Origin: Macrostomum lignano | Taxonomy: Eukaryota | DNA length: 64,000 nucleotides | Direction of reading: 5' to 3' | Assembly: GCA_002269645.1 (NCBI GenBank) | Contig: NIVC01003947.1 | Location: forward strand, 1 to 64,000 | Shown: piece by piece, positions 59,278 to 64,000 of the stretch | Layout of the letters: every line of letters starts with the position of its first letter | Numbering within the stretch: position 1 is the stretch's first letter | The notes under the pieces: generated by a model | What the model was told of the DNA's origin: nothing | Database searches by the model: none | What the model saw: the letters and a program-made list of their open reading frames with translations, nothing else | Program-made: the position numbers and the translations under genes

Positions 59278-60022
59278 CTAAGCTTCGAGTAGATTTAAAA
59301 TATGCATACAATATAATATTCATGGACTTGCTGAAAAAAATTGTGAATTTGTTTCGATTTAAATTGTAATAACTCTTCTTTAATACGCATATTGACAACA
59401 ATTTGAAAGAATTCAATTACATTGCAGTAAATTTCCAATATAATCTATGGTAAAAACAGAAAATTGTTTTTTAAGCTAAAACGAACAAGTACAATTTTAA
59501 TTTTTTCTTCCATGGAATCCTTAATAACTCGATTGTCAATTGTGACAAATAACTTTTCCGGTGAATTTTTAAAGCAATTTTCCACCTATGGTAGCACCGT
59601 GAATAGGAATAGCTCTAGCTCACAGCACAAGCAAAATTTTTTGATAGGATTTTTTCTAGTACAAGGTGCAATCAGATTTTTTGATAGCATTTGATGGCAC
59701 AATCAAACTTTTTTTATAATTTTTTTCCAGTGCAGGTATGCTATTATCTTGACTATGGCATTGGAATTAGTCTTGCTTACCTAATATAAGAAATAGATTG
59801 TTTAAATATGTATAAAACATAATTTACTTTTAGAAACTAGGTTTTAGACCCAACTAATTTTAAAATAAAATCATTTATATTGAAAAACTGGAAAATCTTT
59901 TTTTCAATCAATATTTTAAATATATTTTTTTCTTTTTTTACAATTATTAAAGGATATAAAAAAGGTAAGTAATACTAGCAATAATATTTTTAATGCAACT
60001 TGCAATGAATGTGTAGATCAAT

Positions 60023-60023
<1 letters not shown>

Positions 60024-60068
<45 letters not shown>

Positions 60069-60069
60069 T
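60024..60069. repeat. (TAA)n microsatellite
   Basis: About 15 TAA units. Confidence 0.97.
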
Positions 60070-61044
60070 AGATATATATCAAATGTCCAGCAAAAATGGG
60101 CCATAGGGTCACTTTCTAAGGTATATAGGCTACATCTAGGAATCACCAAGTATGTGCTAGGGCCAAGAGGCATTTTAAGAATGAAGGACATTTTTGGCAT
60201 TTTGCATTACTCTAACAATGGTAGCATACTAACAAAACAATCTTGCTATAAGGAGCATACCAAATAACATTGCCAACCTTTGATATTTAGGCCATTCTGT
60301 GCATTCTATTAGTATCTCCAACAGTCTAGGCATTCTATTAGTATAATAGTCATAATCTGTTAGACTTTATAATAGCCTATACTCTATAATGGCTTATAAT
60401 AGTTAGTTATTATGTCAGTTTGACTATATACATTTGAATATTGTTATATAATCAATATTATATATTATTTACTCTTACTCTTACTTTTTTTACAATCCTT
60501 ATTTATCAAGCCTATAATTGCTGTAGCTTCTGCTGCATAGCATCCAATTGACAATAGTAAACTTTGGTTATGATAGTAATGCGATTTTATAAGTACTTCA
60601 TATGCATTCTTTTATAAAATATCTATTATATATGTAAGCATTACCTTGAAATATAGGTCATACTGGTGAATAGTCATTTAAAATCCAGTCTCATGTTTAA
60701 GATGAGATTTTCTAAGATAAGATGATTCAGTTACATATTTTGTTACATCATTATGCTAAGAATCATAAAATAGATTCATAAAACCAGTGAGCCAAGTTGT
60801 GCACCATTCCTTATGATTTTAGGCACTGAATATACATTTTTATGTATGAATATAAAGTTGACAATAAAATACCAATCTTCTAAACAAAAATATTTACAAA
60901 TATCAACCAATAGAACTAAAAGAAAGACAGTGCACATCAAAAGTTTAACAACTGGATCTGCTTCCTATCAAAAGCAATAACAGTTTAGCTCTGAAAAATG
61001 AATACCTCCTATCTCCATATTGCATTTTTGGTACTTAGAATCTC

Positions 61045-61470
61045 ATCTTAGAATCGCCCCATAGAATCCTCCATAGAATCGCCTTTTAGAATCGCCCCAT
61101 AGAATCGCCTCTTAGAATCGCCCCATAGAATCGCCCCTTAGAATCTCTCCGTAGAATCGCCCTTTAGAATCGCCCCATAGAATCGCCTCATAGAATCACC
61201 TCTTAGAATGGCCCCTTAAAATCGCCCCATAGAATCGCCCCTTAGAATCTCTCCGTAGAATCGCCCTTTAGAATCGCCCCATAGAATCGCCCCATAGAAT
61301 CCTCCATAGAATCGCCCCTTAGAATCTCCATATAATCACCCTTTAGAATCGCCCCATAGAATCGCCTCTTAGAATCGCCCCATAGAATCGCCGATTAGAA
61401 TCGCCCCGTAGAATCGCCCCATAGAATCGCCCTGTAGAATCGCCTTTTAAAATCGCCCCATAGAATCGCC
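61045..61470. repeat. 13-bp minisatellite (AGAATCGCCCCAT / AGAATCGCCCCTT alternating)
   Basis: Directly visible, about 32 imperfect units. Confidence 0.95.
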
Positions 61471-61572
61471 TATCTCCATAATGTATTTTTTTCGGTAAAA
61501 CATGCCTCCTAAAAGTTTCCAAGAAAAATTCAGCTCCAAGAAATTTCTCATCCAATCATATATATATCTGAG

Positions 61573-62067
61573 ATGATGGCACTGATTGCAGCCAGAATGA
61601 GAGTACTATTCGCTATTGACAGCAGCGAGCACGCCAAACGTGCATTGACTTGGTTTGCCAAACTATACGCCAATCGTTTATCGCCTGGCGACACGGCTCT
61701 GCTGTTTCTGTTTGTGGCCGAGCCGCCGTCCTTCGGTCCGAGCCTGTCCACGCCGGAGCTGTACGCCGGCGCAATCAACGATGCCGTCGCTGAAGGCCGC
61801 TCCCTGGCCGTGGAGATCAAGACCACCTGCGCTCGGCTGGGGCTCGCCAGTTTGGCCAATCGGCTGGAATTTCTCGAACGGCTGGGCCACGGAGCTGGCC
61901 CGTCTATAGTTCAGGTGGCTCACGAGGAAGCCGTCGAGCTTATTGTTATGGGTAGCCGCGGCTCCGGCCTACTTCGGCGCACCTTTCTAGGCAGCGTTAG
62001 CGACTACGTGCTGCATCATTCTCATGTGCCTGTGATTGTTGTGCCGCCCCCTGCGGTGCAGCACTAG
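61573..62067 (+). CDS. Universal stress protein (UspA family), intronless
   Basis: RVLFAIDSSEHAKRAL N-terminus; IVMGSRGSGLLRRTFLGSVSDYVLHHSHVPVIVVP with the G-2x-G-9x-GSV ATP-binding motif; 164 aa intact. Confidence 0.96.
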   Translation: MMALIAARMRVLFAIDSSEHAKRALTWFAKLYANRLSPGDTALLFLFVAEPPSFGPSLSTPELYAGAINDAVAEGRSLAVEIKTTCARLGLASLANRLEFLERLGHGAGPSIVQVAHEEAVELIVMGSRGSGLLRRTFLGSVSDYVLHHSHVPVIVVPPPAVQH

Positions 62068-62294
62068 TGATGTATATAATCATATTGTGTTTAGTTCTAT
62101 ATCGGCAAATATTTCCTTCTTTCTACTATTAGTAGCTTGATAGCTTGAATTTAGGGAATATATAGGATTTAACCGTGCTACTACCGATTGAGGAAAATTT
62201 CTCTCAGCAAGATCAGCAAAACAAATATTTATCAGATATTTAAAGATCCTAAATTATGCGCAAATGATCCTTAATCTAACCCATAGAAACAGCC

Positions 62295-62950
62295 CTTAAA
62301 CACCCAATGGAATGGGCCCTTTTTTAAACACCTCAAAAAATGGGAACTTACAACACCTCAAAGAATCGGCCCTTAAACACCCCATAGAATCGGCCCTTAA
62401 ACACCCCAAAGAATCGGCCCTTAAACACCCCAAAGAATCGGCCCTTAAACACCCCATAGAATCGGCCCTTAAACACCCCAAAGAATCGGCCCTTAAACAC
62501 CCCAAAGAATCGGCCCTTAAACACCCCACAGAATCGGCCCTTAAACACCCCATAGAATCGGCCCTTAAACACCCCACAGAATCGGCCCTTAAACACCCCA
62601 AAGAATCGGCCCTTAAACACCCTATAAAATTGGCCCTTAAACACCCCAAAAAATTGGCCCTTAAACACCCCATAGAATCGGCCCTTAAACACCCCAAAAA
62701 TTGGCCCTTAAACACCCCATAGAATCGGCCCTTAAACACCCATAGAATCGGCCCTTAAACACCCCATAGAATCGGCCCTTAAACACCCCAAAGAATCGGC
62801 TCTTAAACACCCCACAGAATCGGCCCTTAAACACCCCAAAGAATCGGCCCTTAAACACCCTATAAAATTGGCCCTTAAACACCCCAAAGAATCGGCCCTT
62901 AAACACCCCATAGAATCGGCCCTAAACACCCCACAGAATCGGTCCTTAAA
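62295..62950. repeat. 24-bp minisatellite (AGAATCGGCCCTTAAACACCCCAW)n, about 27 copies
   Basis: Directly visible; gives the 8-aa periodic ORFs. Confidence 0.97.
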
Positions 62951-63743
62951 CATCATATTCTATAATGCATGCACTTTTGCTTACCGAACACAAACGGTTT
63001 GGCATAATATGTTATTGTGGTTGTTCATGGCTGCCATTTTGTCGTTTGAACTTTGTGTTAGTTATGTGTCTAGTTTTATTTATTTATCTATTAGTTGATG
63101 TTTATCCTTGTCACATGTAAATATACAGGTGCAGAAAGTTTCTCATTAATTATTATTATTATGAAGTGATGTGCTTGATCATCATTTTTTCAAAAAATAT
63201 TTACATAGAGCAATAGTTTTCGCAAGAGAACACAAAAAGGTATAATTCTGAATTAATTTTGCTTAGAGGGGCGATGTAGCGTTCCTTCAAAGTCAGTAAT
63301 TTTTATTCGTTTCGTTAGTTGTGTCTTGTGTCTACTAGTCTATTCCTGTCTGCCTGTCTGTCCTGTCATATCTTGTTTTTTATTTTTCTGTATTTTCCAC
63401 CTGGAGGCCATAAGCAGTTTTAGTTGCATTCTTTCAAGGCTAAGAGTAAACTTCGTCAGATGCTCAACTTTTATGCGCACTGTTTTTCTTGTTTCGACCC
63501 GGTCAGCTCTTGTCATTGCAGTGTCTCTTGTTTATCTTGGCAGGCTTTTTTGGTGGCTGTGCCATTGTCAGGCTAGGGTATATGTACTCCAGTTTTCAGG
63601 AACGAAAGCTAGCTAGGCCAATGTTTTTCATTGTCTCTGGCAGGGCTAATTTCTTAGCTTTCATATTTTCGCATCGTCTTCAGTTTTATGTGAGTTTTTG
63701 GCAGCTAACTTTTTTGTTCTAAGGTAACTATGTTTTGAAGTAC

Positions 63744-64000
63744 CTGTCTAAAGACACTGTCTTCAGATACTGGCTTGTCTAAAGACACTGTCCTCGGTAC
63801 TGATCTGTCTAAAGACACTGTGTTCGGGTACTGATCTGTCTGAAGACACTGTCCTCAGGTACTGATCTGTCTAAAGACACTGTCCTCGGGTACTGATCTG
63901 TCTTAAGACACTGTCCTCGGGTACTGATCTGTCTAAAGACACTGTCCTCGGGTACTGATCTGTCTAAAGACACTGTCCTCGGGTACTGATCTGTCTTAAG
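63744..64000. repeat. 31-bp tandem repeat (TGTCTAAAGACACTGTCCTCGGGTACTGATC)n running off the window end
   Basis: About 8 copies visible. Confidence 0.95.

Overview
Eukaryotic (probably invertebrate animal) repeat-rich genomic DNA in three parts. (1) 1-27150: a tandem array of about 3.5 diverged ~4-12 kb units carrying a spliced gene invisible to the ORF track. It encodes a 454-aa type I membrane protein (signal peptide, CUB-like domain, divergent C-type-lectin-like domain, TM helix). One copy is intact (15221-20247), one is frameshifted (1931-6190), one keeps only exon 1 (26796-26869) and one is a last-exon relic. The units carry unit-specific SINE, hAT-MITE and solo-LTR insertions and expanding minisatellites. 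(2) 27154-45411: an 18.3 kb integrated Polinton/Maverick (adintovirus-like) endogenous virus with ~870 bp TIRs whose outer ~99 nt fold into hairpins. It carries pPolB with an endonuclease VII-like insert, major and minor capsid proteins, an adenain-like protease, a packaging ATPase and a PLA2-like domain fused to an RVE integrase. Its unusual cargo is a Prim-Pol/PriCT-2/D5 SF3 primase-helicase, a restriction-endonuclease-like PD-(D/E)XK protein, a discoidin-domain fiber candidate and proteins with PSAP/PPxY motifs. Nine gene starts share TAAAAATG. There is no target-site duplication. (3) 45412-64000: a decayed Gypsy pol, a 1.4 kb foldback/MULE-like element, a Chapaev-like (RAG1/Transib-related) transposon, an intronless universal stress protein gene between two related minisatellites, and a terminal 31-bp repeat. 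All family assignments come from motif recognition by eye; no database searches were run.
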